A stretch of 63,957 nt of DNA, the filler included, from Octopus bimaculoides (taxonomy: Eukaryota): assembly GCF_001194135.2 (NCBI RefSeq). It is 5 parts of 5 records of this genome, joined end to end, with 100 filler letters (N's around TTAATTAATTAA, not from the genome) between each part and the next. Parts side by side here need not be neighbours in the genome. Positions count along the whole stretch, not along the records: positions 1 to 20,367 come from NC_068985.1; positions 20,468 to 39,131 come from NC_068983.1; 3 more parts are not named here. One strand, 5' to 3'. The stretch's first letter is position 1. Each line of letters starts with the position of its first letter. Below, in pieces: positions 10,096-22,470 of this stretch. The notes beneath the pieces are model-generated. The model did no database searches and was not told the origin of the DNA. It saw only the letters and a list, made by a program, of their open reading frames with translations. The position numbers and the translations under genes are program-made.

Positions 10096-12160
10096 ATGTA
10101 TGTGTATAGGTATGTATACTCTCCTTACCACAAACCTGACCAATATCTTAAATACCTTAACATCCACTCCAATCACCACAAATCCACTTTTGATAACATA
10201 ATCAAGAGTATCTCAGCCCGAATATCCGATCTCTCTTCCACTGAGGAAATTTTCAATAATCACGCACCATATTACAATCAAGTACTCGCTGCTAGTGGCT
10301 TTTCACAACAAATAGAATACATCCATAACACCAGGCTCAAACAATATATATCTCAAATCACATCTGAAAGATACATCAACCATCACAATCGCAATCAACC
10401 ACACACTCGTTGATAGAACCCTGGAAAGTCTTACACCTAGGCAACCTAGACCCCACACACATACATTTAACTCTAGGTCAAAAACTAAAACAGCTAAAAA
10501 TAACAGGCCTTGCCACCCACCTCCATTCTCCAAATATATAGATAGGACACCTTTATCTAAAAACATAGATAGCACTACTCCCAGACACCCTAAAAAAAGC
10601 GGCAGACGCTCTATTCTGTAGTACACACCCCCATTCTCACTTAACGTTAAGAACTTAGCTAAATCCTTCTTTAAAATGCTCGACTCTAATTTCCCTCGGC
10701 AACATAAATATGATTCTATCTTTAATATATCCACCCTGAAACTATCCTATTCTGCCCCACTCAACTTCGAATCTATTGCAGCAGCCTCTAATAAGCAAAA
10801 GCTTTCTCTTTACTATCAAAACTCACATAATTACAACTTCTAGTCATATGAACGCGCAACACACACACAGTTCCAGCACAGATACCCTTACATTAGACCA
10901 CAACCCAACCCATCCTACTAACACTGCCTGGAATACCACCACAATCTCTACCACTCTTACAAATGGTACAATTAATAACAACAATAGTAATAATAACAAT
11001 GATGTAATGATAACGTTAATAATACTAATAATATAGACTTTTCTACCCCCTTCTCTAACCTCTCATCATCATCATCATCATCATCGTTTAACGTCCGCTT
11101 TCCATGCTAGCATGGGTTGGACGATTTGACTGAGGACTGGTGAAACCGGATGGCAACACCAGGCTCCAGTCTGATTTGGCAGAGTTTCTACAGCTGGATG
11201 CCCTTCCTAACGCCAACCACTCAGAGAGTGTAGTGGGTGCTTTTACGTGTCACCCGCACGAAAACGGCCACGCTCGAAATGGTGTCTTTTATGTGCCACC
11301 CGCACAAGCCAGTCCAGGGGCACTGGCAACGATCTTACTTGGCTTGCCGGGTCTTCTCATGCACAGCACATTTCNNNNNNNNNNACAGGAGCCAGTCAGG
11401 CGGTACTGGCAACGGCCACGCTCAAAATGGTGCATCTCATGTGCCACCCGCACAAGAACCAGTCCAGGGGCACTGGCAACGATCTTACTTGGCTTGCCGG
11501 GTCTTCTCATGCACAGCACATTTCCAAAGGTCTCGGTCAGTAGTCATCGCCTCGGTGAGGCCCAATGTACGAAGGTCTTGCCTCACCACCTCAGCCCAGG
11601 TCTTCCTGGGCCTACCTCTTCCACGGGTTCCCTCTGACAATATTACCTCCTCCATTCCTGAACACAATCCCCAAAATTCACCTAATTGTAACTGCCGTCT
11701 TGGAACCATCTACCCGTTACAAAACCATTGCAGAAAATATAATGTAATTTACAAATGCACTGTCCTTAATCTATTACACAATTGTACAGCCACATACATA
11801 GGATCAACCAAAAATTTTAAGCAACAATATGCTGCTCATCTCCATTCTTTTAGATACGATAAGCATAGTAAATCTACAACACTCGCCAACCACATACATC
11901 ATCTCAAAAATACAAATATACCCTATACTTTATCAAGGTCCATACTGGATTCAGGGCTTCCCTACCGAGGTCAACACTTAACCGGCAAGCTTTGCCTGAA
12001 GGAGGCGCTTCACATATTAAAGCACAACTCTCCAACACTACTAAATAAGCATAATGAGGCACTAAGCACATGCAGCCACTGCTTTTTTCACACATTCAAA
12101 TTCTATCACAAATCCAAATGCCTAAATGACCATACAGTATATTTCCACAATACCCCTTAG
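10096..12160 (+). mobile_element. 5'-truncated Penelope-like element (RT thumb/linker plus GIY-YIG endonuclease), decayed and interrupted
   Basis: Translations YHKPDQYLKYLNIHSNH...SARISDLSS (10096-10413), RRSIL*YTPPFSLNV...KLSYS (10601-10770) and CNCR...NVIYKCTV...YIGSTKNFKQQYAAH...LCLKEALHI...LLNK (11640-12140). Confidence 0.9.
11063..11634 (-). mobile_element. 5'-truncated RTE-clade LINE nested in the Penelope-like element
   Basis: The minus strand encodes EGTRGRGRPRKTWAEVVRQDLRTLGLTEAMTTDRDLWK, an RTE C-terminus, followed by a 3'UTR and (GAT)n tail. Confidence 0.9.
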
Positions 12161-12339
12161 GTAATCCCAATAACCTTATAAATCTACATTTTAACTCCTA
12201 ATCCCTATCTAATTCCTCTTTCATACTTGAATATCAAAATCATTTAATTGTATTTGTATGTGTATTCGTATGTACATATGTACGTGTGTGTGTGTGTGTG
12301 TATGTATGCAAGGTATATATACCTGCATGTGCAGGGGTG

Positions 12340-13130
12340 ATACTTACATCATACGATGGTATGATGTAGCAATTCAGCAGAAGACTAAGAAATTACAAAT
12401 TCTGTTTCATCAGTTTGTAATAAGAAGTTGACAAAAAAAATGCTGCAAGTTATCATGATTAAGAACATGTATGAAATACCTATTAACTCTTGACATGCCA
12501 GAGAAATGAACTATGGCTCAATAGAAGATAAAACAATATTGATGAGAATTATTGACCTCAAGAAAAGTAGGGTTACTTTTGTTTTTGTTGTACTAAATTA
12601 AAACTAACAATTGTTTGTAAGAGGAAAACTCTGCTAAAGGAGAAATTTCGTAAGGGAATTATCTATTATATATGCTTCTGCAAGGCACAATGGATGAGGG
12701 TGGATGTGGTAAAAGGATAAAAGAAGTTTGGAATTTACAATCTGGCAGGCTATGAAAGGAAAAGTATTTGCTTGTGTGGACCTATTTAGGGCACATCTAG
12801 AGAAGAACATTATTGAGAACCTCTGATCACAAAATACTGCCATAGCTTAATTTCCTGGCAGGCACACTACTGTTGCAGCCATTAGATGTTAGTATCAAGA
12901 AATCCTTTAAGGACATGAGAATCAAGTGGAATAACTGAATGTGTAATGGAGAGAAGAATATGCATAAAAGGAAGCAGTATGCAGGCTCCATCCCTGTCTC
13001 CAATCTGTGAATGGATCATTGATTTATGGAAGGAAATAAAAACTGACATGATAGTCAAATAATTCAAGAAATGTGAGATTTTGAATGCATACAGAAGATG
13101 ATTGTCTGTTGGATGACATGTCTAAAGAGC
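12340..13130 (+). mobile_element. pogo/Tigger-family DDE transposase relic
   Basis: Frameshifted motifs: MDE, VDLFRAH (about 12776-12800), LQPLDVSIKKSFKD (12872-12914), ICEWIIDLWKEI...FKKC. Confidence 0.85.
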
Positions 13131-14129
13131 TTGTAACTATGGACAGCAAAGATGAAGATAATCCTTACTGTGATATTAAATCTTAGTCATTATGAAGCTT
13201 TATTCAGTGCTGAAAATGATAAAGAGTGTAATTTAACAGGATTTTAATGAACTTTTGTGTTTGAAATGTTTAAGATGTACCATGCAATTGTAATTTAAAA
13301 CTATTAAATTTCTGCTTTACTTTTTATATGCATAAATTAAAGTTTACTTGTTAATTTTGTTTCTATTGTTATTATTTACTTTTATGTTTTATATTTTATG
13401 ACCTTAAGCTACAATGATTTTATTATAATTAAAAATTCAACAAAGAAAATGGATATCCCTAACTCAAGCAGGAAGGAAAAGAAAACATTTTCTATGGAGA
13501 TTGTATCAATTTTGGCATTTAAACATGAAGGAACATTGAAATCCTAAAGGTGCATTGAAGCCTTAAGGCACATTAATTAGTAATTATGATGCAGCACAGA
13601 TATGCTGTAATTCTGATGCGAGTGGTTTTAACCACAAATATGAAAATAAGGTGATTAGAGAGTTGTGATGTGAAACACATTAAGCAGGTGATGTTATGCA
13701 AGCCACCAGCTGAGCAGATATCAGCCATGTGCATTCTATTACAGTAAATTAGTGGTAATAATTATACAATAATTCTGAGGTGTAAATTGATTTCACTAAG
13801 TTAGTCTATTTAATGTGATGGGTAGAGGTAAAAGAGGCAGTGTAAATTTTTATAAGAGCCACATGGTTTATGTGAGGTTGTTGTGAGGTCATATGTTTTG
13901 AAGCATAAAATTACTATAATTCATTGTGTTTCATTTAGAGGTCATTTGGGATTCTGCTATGATAGGAATCTAGCATGAATTTCAGCCCCTCAAAGTAGCA
14001 TCCATGTAATAGGTGATCCCCATAAATTTTGCCTAAAAAAAAAAGGTCTAAAAGATTTGATTTTTACATTGATACATACATTATATTATGCTTGAGAAGA
14101 TGACCCATCAAGCCAAGTAAAATCTCAGC

Positions 14130-14348
14130 TGTGGCAGATACTGGTATCATACAAATGGCATTCGTGCTGGTGGCATGTAAAAGCACCCATTACACTGTTG
14201 GAGTTGTTGGCGTTAGGAAGGGCATCTAGCCATAGGAACTATGCCAAATCAGACTGGAGTCTGGTGCAGCCTTCCAGCGCTTGCCAGCCCTGGTCAAACC
14301 ATCCAACCCATGCCAGCATGGACAGCAGGCATTAAATGATGATGATGA
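14130..14348 (+). mobile_element. RTE-clade LINE 3' end
   Basis: gttggcgttaggaagggcatc ... aacccatgccagcatgg ... (GAT)n tail. Confidence 0.8.
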
Positions 14349-14530
14349 GTATCTTGGAAATATGGATATAAGTTTTAAAATATTATTTGATTAACTTATG
14401 TAGAGGGACCTAACCTTTGTTGAAAATTGTATATCTTGTCAATTTAGAAGAAACATTTATTATTTTGCGTGAAAAGACAACATCGAAAAAATACCTTAGG
14501 AATGAGAACCTAGGTTCGAAATTTCCTCAA

Positions 14531-14577
14531 GACACCTGATGAAGGCTGGAGGGTATATCAGCCCGAAATGTTGTGTT
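14531..14577 (+). ncRNA. Minimal type I hammerhead ribozyme motif (Penelope/retrozyme type)
   Basis: Stem I gacac 14531-35 / gtgtt 14573-77; CUGAUGA 14536-42; stem II ggctg 14544-48 / cagcc 14559-63; GAAA 14565-68; then UGUU, with predicted cleavage after 14572. Confidence 0.75.
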
Positions 14578-15304
14578 AAAAACAAACAAGATGAGGACAA
14601 ATATTTGTCACTTGTAAATAATGTACATAATTCCTCATCTCTTAAATATAAAACTGTATCACAACTGATGTTGGTGTGTTTATGTTCTCTGTAACTTAGT
14701 GGTTTGACAAAAGAAACTGATAAAAAAAAGTACCAGGATTAATAATTAATGTGGTTGATTCATTTGATTAAAATTCTTCAAGGTGGTGCCCCAGCTTGGC
14801 TACAGTCTAATGACTGAAACAAGTAAAAGATAAAAGACAAATGAAGAAAACAGATGTTGATTAAACATCTTTATGCTTTTCTAGAAAGATGGATGGATCC
14901 TCTTGCCATGATATAAATAACTGATAGAGAAGCTACTAATGGCTTCTAACAAATTGAATAGATTATTAAATATTACATGAGTCTGAGTCTGAGAAAGAAG
15001 ATAAATGATATATCGCAATGATATAACATATCTCTTATACTATCAGCTGATATTTAAAAAACAAAATGTTTTACGTTTATTTTTTTATTCTTACATGGGT
15101 AGGGTGGCCTTTGTAAATTCATTGTTTGCATATTGTCTAAGCAGTTTCTTTTTACTGTTGAATAACCTTTATACTGATAATTATTCAGTCATAAAATATA
15201 TGGAATTTAACCATAAAGTATATGAAAGACTGAAGCAAGCAGAGTGGTGTGATCAGTTTAATCTTTAGTCAGACTTAATCATCACTGTCTTTCTTTCTCA
15301 TCAT

Positions 15305-15790
15305 TGTTGTCATCATCATCATCATCGTTTAACGTCCGCTTTCCATGCTAGCATGGGTTGGACGATTTGACTGAGGACTGGTGAACCAGATGGCTACACC
15401 AGGCTCCAATCTGATTTGGCAGAGTTTCTACAGCTGGATACCCTTCCTAACGCCAACCACTCCGAGAATGTAGTGGGTCCTTTTATGTGCCAGTCAGGCG
15501 GTACTGGCAACGGCCACGATCAAAATTGTGTATCTTACGTGCCACCTTCACAGGAGCCAGTCTTTTCACGTGCCACCGGCACAAGTTGTCATCATTGTCA
15601 TAATTTTATGTCCATTTTTCCAAGATTGCATGGGTTGGATGACTCTTCTCCAGTGCAGTATCTCTTTGTCTTTTTGCAGTTCCTTGTCATCCTCTTGAAG
15701 TTCTGTATTCAGAGGATCAGCCTTCACAACTTCCCACGTCTTTCTTGATGTTTCTCTCCTCTGCATGATTCTTCCATTTGGATTGCTTGG
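15305..15790 (-). mobile_element. RTE-clade LINE 3' fragments
   Basis: 15305-15585 is a 3'UTR/tail like 11063. 15590-15790 on the minus strand encodes RETSRKTWEVVKAD..., a decayed RTE C-terminus. Confidence 0.75.
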
Positions 15791-16398
15791 CACTTCTTTG
15801 TTTATGATTGGCTTTCATTCATTGTTGGTTGGCATATTGCTGAAACAGTAACTTAATCATCTCTGTTGTGCCTGGGCTGTTTCCAGAAGCGAGCACCTAG
15901 ACCCCAGTGCACTTCCCAGCTCTCCACTCATGGATGTGCCATAAAGGAAAGACAAGTCAATATATTCACAGCATCCATGAAGCTACAGGGGATGCCAGAT
16001 ATGGAAGGGGTTACTGCCCATAAACTTATTTAAATGCTCAATTAATTACCCAACAAAACAACAGGGGTTTATTATTATAGTGGGCATGATTTGGGCAGAA
16101 TCAGTCCCACTCTAAAGTGGCGAGCTGGCAGAAACGTTAGCATACCAGGTGAAATGCTTAGCAGTATTTTGCCTGTCTTAACGCCTGCTGCTGCTGTTGC
16201 TGCACCTCTTCCTCCTCCTCCACCTCCACCTCCACCACCACCACCACCACCACCACCTCCTCCTCCTCCTCTACNNNNNNNNNNNNNNNCCACCACTACC
16301 TCCTCCTCCTCCTCCTCCGCCACCACCACAACTCAACACTTTGGTGACTCAGAGAAGCATCATACATCTATTGTTTCTATATCTTCTACGTATATATG

Positions 16399-16399
<1 letters not shown>

Positions 16400-16429
<30 letters not shown>

Positions 16430-16650
16430 TTGTGTGTCTGTGTTTGTCCCCCTAGCATTGCTTGACAATCAATGCTGGTGTGTTTATGTCCCCCATCACT
16501 TAGTGGTTCGGCAAAAGAGACTGATAGAATAAGTACTAGGCTTACAAAGAATAAGTCTCGGGGTCGATTTGCTCGACTAAAGGTGGTGCTCCAGCATGGC
16601 CGCAGTCAAAATGACTGAAACAAGTAAAAGAGTAAAGAGTAAAAAGAGTA
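16400..16650 (+). mobile_element. SINE family A 3' half
   Basis: Matches 55400-55606, ending gtaaaagagtaaagagtaaa. Confidence 0.85.
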
Positions 16651-16927
16651 TAAGTATAATTGGTAAAGAAAGAAAAAAAATATCCTTTGTTTTTGGTGAC
16701 TAGTTTGAACCAAGAATTCAGCTTTGGCATAGATTCCTGGAATGATTTTTATCATTTATATCACAAACTTTAGTATGTCAGCCAACCAATTTCTAATCTG
16801 TTTGGACGAGTATTCTGATTAATTGTGTTTTAATAACATAGGATATTAGGAGGTGGTTGATATGAAGAGAATCTCCAGTAAAGAGTGTGATTTTTAGCAT
16901 CAGTTAATGAGATTTATTTTAAGAGCA

Positions 16928-17119
16928 AGGGACAGTAGCAGAGTAGCTTTAAATAGGACAGGGACAGTAGCAGAGTAGCTTTAAATAGGACAGGGACAGT
17001 AACAGAGTAGCTTTCAATAGGACAGGGACAGTAGCAGAGTAGCTTTCAATAGGACAGGGACAGTAGCAGAGTAGTTTTAAATAGGACAGGGACAGTAGCA
17101 GAGTAGCTTTAAATAGGAC
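16928..17119. repeat. Minisatellite, 6 x 32 bp (agggacagtagcagagtagctttaaataggac)
   Basis: Six contiguous units, each with 0-2 substitutions and no spacers. Confidence 0.97.
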
Positions 17120-18995
17120 GTTATGTGAAAGATAAAAAGTAACTCTACGAAGTAAAGGTTTTATGAAATATCATATATGTTTATAGACAGTGAGACTGGC
17201 TTTGACACATGAAGAATATGTGGAGATTCATAAAGGACAGGGTATGTTTTCAACTGAAATGAAGATTTATTTATTATTTTTACTTTATCTTTTAGTCAGG
17301 AGGGAAGAGAGTACCCTTGACCCTTTACAAAGCCACCAAGACTGGGAGAAAAGAGGGAGGAAGGTGTCCTCAAGTTGGAGATTTGGTCTGAATGCTTGTA
17401 ACATGGTGAACTTTGCTAAGGGTACCCAAGTTGTCAGATGGTGGTGTTAAACTGGATAATGGATTAAATGTAGAAAATATTGTACAGTATGACATAACAA
17501 ATTAACCATATAAATAATGATTTGAAATTTTGGCACAAGGTCAGCAATTTGGGAGGGTGTAAGTTGATTACACCAACCCTTGTGTTCGACTGGCACTTAT
17601 TTATTCAACCCTGAAAGAATGAAAGGCAACGTTGATCTCAGTGGGATTTGAACCAGAATATAAAGACAGACGAAATACCACTAAGCATTTTTCCCGGCAT
17701 GCCAATGATTCTGCTGGCTCACTGTCATAAGCCATATAAATAATAAGAGACTGGAAGGCATAAAAAGAAGGAATACCAAGAAATTATATGTATACATAAC
17801 AACTAAGAAAGTCTTGTAACATTTTTATTATTCTGTTTGTCGGCTGAATTTGTAGAACTTAAAGAGTTTAAAATAAGAAAGAAAATTTTTACCTCACTAT
17901 AGAACCCAATCATTAATTGCTTTCACACTTGGCAATGTTCCTAATTGTATCAATGTTTATAAGTACACTATTGATCTGTAATCTGAAACAACAAATTCTG
18001 AACCAACCACTTTGTTACTAATTTTCAATGAATTGTTCACATTACATTTGTAATGCTGTATGTTTTGTTTTCTGCCCTAAGATAACTCTATTGGCTTTAT
18101 TGTTGTTGTTGTTGTTGTTTCACACTAGGTCTGCCTGAATGAGACAGACTTATGGCAAATGTCAACCAGTCATGTCAATCTAATCTTGTTTCATTTTTAG
18201 GTGTAGTGTAGCTCCAAAGTAGTGAAAGCATGTGGCTTAGTGGCTAGGGTATTTGGCTTGCAATTGTAAGGTCATGAGTTCAATTCCTGGTGATATGTTG
18301 TGTCCTTGAGCAAGGCACTTTATTTCACATTGCTCCAGTCCATTCAGCTGGTAAAAATGAGTAGTACTTGTATTTCAAAGGGCCAGTCTTGTCACAGCAT
18401 GGCCACAGTCTAGTGACTGAAACAAGTAAAAGATAAAAGATGAAAAAAAAAAAAAAAGAATGTGAACCCCACTGAAACTCCCTTTTAACTACGTTGTCGT
18501 TATTATTGTCTTTATGTAACCCTTACTGAGTAGTCCTAAGGCACATAAGTAACTAGCTGGATGATTGAGGCATGGCCCACAAACCTGTTCTTCCCAGTTA
18601 TACCATGTCTCTGCTAGGCTGAAGAATCTCTATATCTTCCCCAGAAGCATTGCCTTGCAGCTGTTCAAGTTAAGCATTAACTGTATTAATCTATCTAGCC
18701 AGGAAGGGCCTGTGAAGTTTATGGGTATAATTCCTTACTCTAGAATGAAACCATAAAAGAATATATTGGTAAAACATGCATCATTAATCTTTTTGGGTTG
18801 AGTCAATCGATTCCTTTTCTGTAAATTTGTTGCCTTCTGCTTTGACAACTGAAATCATTATAAGAGAAAAATCAAATGAATATCCCTACACACACACACA
18901 CACACATATTCTCCCCCCCCCACTCTCTCTCTCATGCACACATGTACAGTTCTGCAACAAACACCCACATGCCTACATATGTGCACAAGCTTCTA

Positions 18996-19062
<67 letters not shown>

Positions 19063-19354
19063 CATACAAGTGCATCATCATCATCTTTGTCACTGCTGCC
19101 AACACTGCCGCCACCTCCACTACCACCACCACCATCACTATCACCACCACTACCACTATCATCATATTCATCACATAATGATGATGATGTACACGCATTG
19201 TCATCATGCTTATTACATGCACAAGCACTCAGGTATATACTGGCACCCATTTATAGACATTCACATACACCCACGTACACAACACACACATGCATGCACA
19301 CATGCATACACACATGCATACAAACATGCATACATTGTCTATAGATATGTATCA

Positions 19355-19403
<49 letters not shown>

Positions 19404-20334
19404 CTGACATTACAACTCTAAATGAAAACTGCTGTAACATGGCTGCAATAAGAAGCCTCATGAAAAGAGAATATCATTATGCTCTCACTTAATGATATTA
19501 TATCAATGTCTGAAATTGGTAAAAGATTAATATTAGAGGAAACTATTTCTTTGAAAAGGCATGTGTATGATGAAAGAACTGCAGTCAATGCCCGGAGTAA
19601 TAAAACCCTCCGCTCCAGTAGTTACATGCATGTTCAGTGCAGTGTTATTGTCCTTTGTATGTTCAATGTAATGTTGGTTTCAAGTTTTGGGACAAAGCCA
19701 GCAATCTCGTGGGAGGGTGTAAGTTGATTACATCAACCCCAGTACTCAACTGGTACTCACTTTATTGACCCCCGAAGGGATGAAAAGCAGAGTTGACTGC
19801 AACAGAATTTGAACTCAGAATGAAAAGATAGTTGAAGTACCACAAAGCATGCTGCCCGGTGTGTTAACGACTCTGGCAGTTTGCTACCCTCTTGTTCAAT
19901 GTAATGTTATTTCTGGCTGTAGTTCCTATGCGTGCTGGGTGTAGTTATTATGTGTATGTTGGATATAGTTACTTGGTTTAGTGTTATTTCTCTTTGCACA
20001 ATGTGTATAGTTATTTGGTGTGTGCTGGTTGTATAGTGGATGCAGTTATTGTATGCATACAGGAAGTATACTGGGTGTAAGCTGGCCTTAACTAAGTATA
20101 ATTACCAGGTATCTATAGGGTTTAGAGTTATTGGTTACAGGTATGAGGGTACAGCTATGTCTCTCTCTCTCTCTCTCTCTATTTATCTATCTATCTATCT
20201 GTCAGTCAGTCAGTCTGTCTGTCTGTGGTACCTTGGGCAAGTATCTTCTACGACATCCTTGGGCCGAACAAAGCTTTGTGAGTGGATTTGGTAGACGAAA
20301 ACTGAAAGAAGCCTGTCATATATATATATGTATA

Positions 20335-20367
<33 letters not shown>

Positions 20368-20467
20368 NNNNNNNNNNNNNNNNNNNNNNNNNNNNNNNNN
20401 NNNNNNNNNNNTTAATTAATTAANNNNNNNNNNNNNNNNNNNNNNNNNNNNNNNNNNNNNNNNNNNN
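20368..20467. other. Artificial 100-nt assembly spacer (44N-TTAATTAATTAA-44N)
   Basis: Identical layout at 39132-39231, 48509-48608 and 56904-57003. The 12-mer is a palindromic six-frame stop. Confidence 0.95.
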
Positions 20468-20506
<39 letters not shown>

Positions 20507-20519
20507 CATATATATATAT

Positions 20520-20741
20520 CAGGCCAAATGTAGGCATGAGAATAGATACTGCAAAGGTATTGTGGGCAATATGCTCGTTGTAATCTGAGAGTTCTGCTGA
20601 CCATATTCTCTTTACTCTCCAGAGGTATTCATTCCTGGTTCTCTCCTTATTTATGAGTGTACCATATCTTACATTCTCATCTTGTCCAAGATACCTATAA
20701 TTGTCACCTAACTGTAGACGTTGTATTGTCAAACCGTTCAT
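20520..20741 (-). mobile_element. R2/R4(Dong)-like non-LTR retrotransposon RT fragment
   Basis: NGLTIQRLQLGDNYRYLGQDEN...EYLWRVKRIWSAELS...HNTFAVSIL resembles the YKYLG/thumb region of RLE-clade RTs. Confidence 0.75.
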
Positions 20742-21347
20742 TTTTTTAGATTTTTAGGAGAGGGCACAACTTTTACATGTTTTATTGTCAAAATGCACAT
20801 TTGGACTCACCAAATTTCATTCCAATGTTATTGGATCAATTAAAGAAGTACCAGTTGAGCACTGGGGTCGATGTAATAAACTTATTACCTACCCTATAAC
20901 TGCTGGCCTTGTACCAAAATGTGACACCATTATTATATCTTTGCTGTTCTGTCCCCTATTTCGCTAGCACAGCCATTAAGTTTCCTTTCGACACTTAGAC
21001 AGAAAATGAAAACCACTTAGGATTTTATTATAACTTAGTTACATGGATGTTTTAAAGATGCCTTTTAATACACAACCAGTTATGGTGTCAGAGTTACACT
21101 TAAAGTTAGGATTAAGGTGAGCCTCTTATATTCTCAAGTATAATAACCGACAGAAATTAAAAAGTTAAGTGATGGCGGATATTGTCAATTGTCCGTGAAA
21201 ACACTTCAGAGTAGAGAACATGATTGCTACGAATTACATTTAAACAATGAATTTACAAGTTTTAGATAAAAATTAAAGTATCTAATAACGTGATACCTCT
21301 TTCAGTGATATTGCAGATCCACAACAATGGCGATGGCCTGTAAACAA

Positions 21348-21386
<39 letters not shown>

Positions 21387-21619
21387 TCTTTTACTCTTTT
21401 ACTTGTTTCAGTCATTTGACTGCGGCCATGGTGGAGCACCACATTTAGCCGAACAAATAGACTGCATGATTTATTCTTTGTGAGCCTAGTACTAAGCTAT
21501 GGAGACGTAAACACACCAACATCGGTTGTAAAGCGATGGTGGGGTGACAAACATAGACACAAACACACACACACACGCACACACACGCACACACACACAC
21601 ACACGCACACACACACACG

Positions 21620-21716
<97 letters not shown>

Positions 21717-22425
21717 AAAAATACAAAAAAAGGACAACAACATATCCAGACAAACGATACAAAGAAATCAAGGACGGGTCATTCGGAGTTTTCTTTCCTC
21801 AGTCGAGTTCCAGATTATCTTTGCAATCTCGGCTGGTTATACTTGAGATTGCTCCAATCTGGCCAGCCCCAAGGAAAAACTAAGCTAAGAGCATTAGATT
21901 CCTTGCAAGAAAGCAGCGAATGTATAAGAAAACAAGGACGGGAAAAAAAAACGGAGAATGTTACACAAATACAAATGCAAATAACAGGACATAACAACAA
22001 GTGTCTTTCGGCTAAGGACGAAATAAATTAAATTATATATATATATTTCTTTCTCAGACTGGAGCGAACACGTTACAATGAAGTAGAGAAATTTGAAAAG
22101 ACAACACGAAACCGGTTATTTCTCAAAATACAATGTTTATATACCAAAAAGATTTTATAACATTTTTCTAACATTTTTCTAACATTTTTCTAACATTTTT
22201 CTGACATAATTTAAATATTTACTTTAACCATGTAACACAAGCCTTCTGTAGTTTTTTCACTCTTATTANNNNNNNNNNNNNNNNNNNNNNNNNNNNNNNN
22301 NNNNNNNNNNNNNNNNNNNNNNNNNNNNNNNNNNNNNNNNNNNNNNNNNNNNNNNNNNNNNNNNNNNNNNNNNNNNNNNNNNNNNNNNNNNNNNNNNNNN
22401 NNNNNNNNNNNNNNNNNNNNNNNNN

Positions 22426-22470
<45 letters not shown>

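Noticed and set aside
11255-11525. Internal ~110-bp duplication in the RTE 3'UTR (similarly 39541-39640)
   Set aside because: Both duplications straddle a 10-N gap (11375-84, 39585-94), which is typical of unmerged contig or haplotype overlaps.
13430-13800. Second Tigger-like N-terminus
   Set aside because: Too degenerate to support by manual translation.
15005-15268. Possible terminal exon VIKYMEFNHKVYERLKQAEWCDQFNL* after ttattcAG
   Set aside because: No family recognised and no partner exons; it would need RNA-seq support.
16928-17119. 32-bp repeats as a CRISPR array
   Set aside because: The units are contiguous with no unique spacers, there are no cas genes, and the context is eukaryotic.
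21770-21830. Minus-strand hammerhead-like CTGAGGA...CCGAAT in an unclassified repeat (21720-22030)
   Set aside because: There is no pairable stem II and GAAA is absent.
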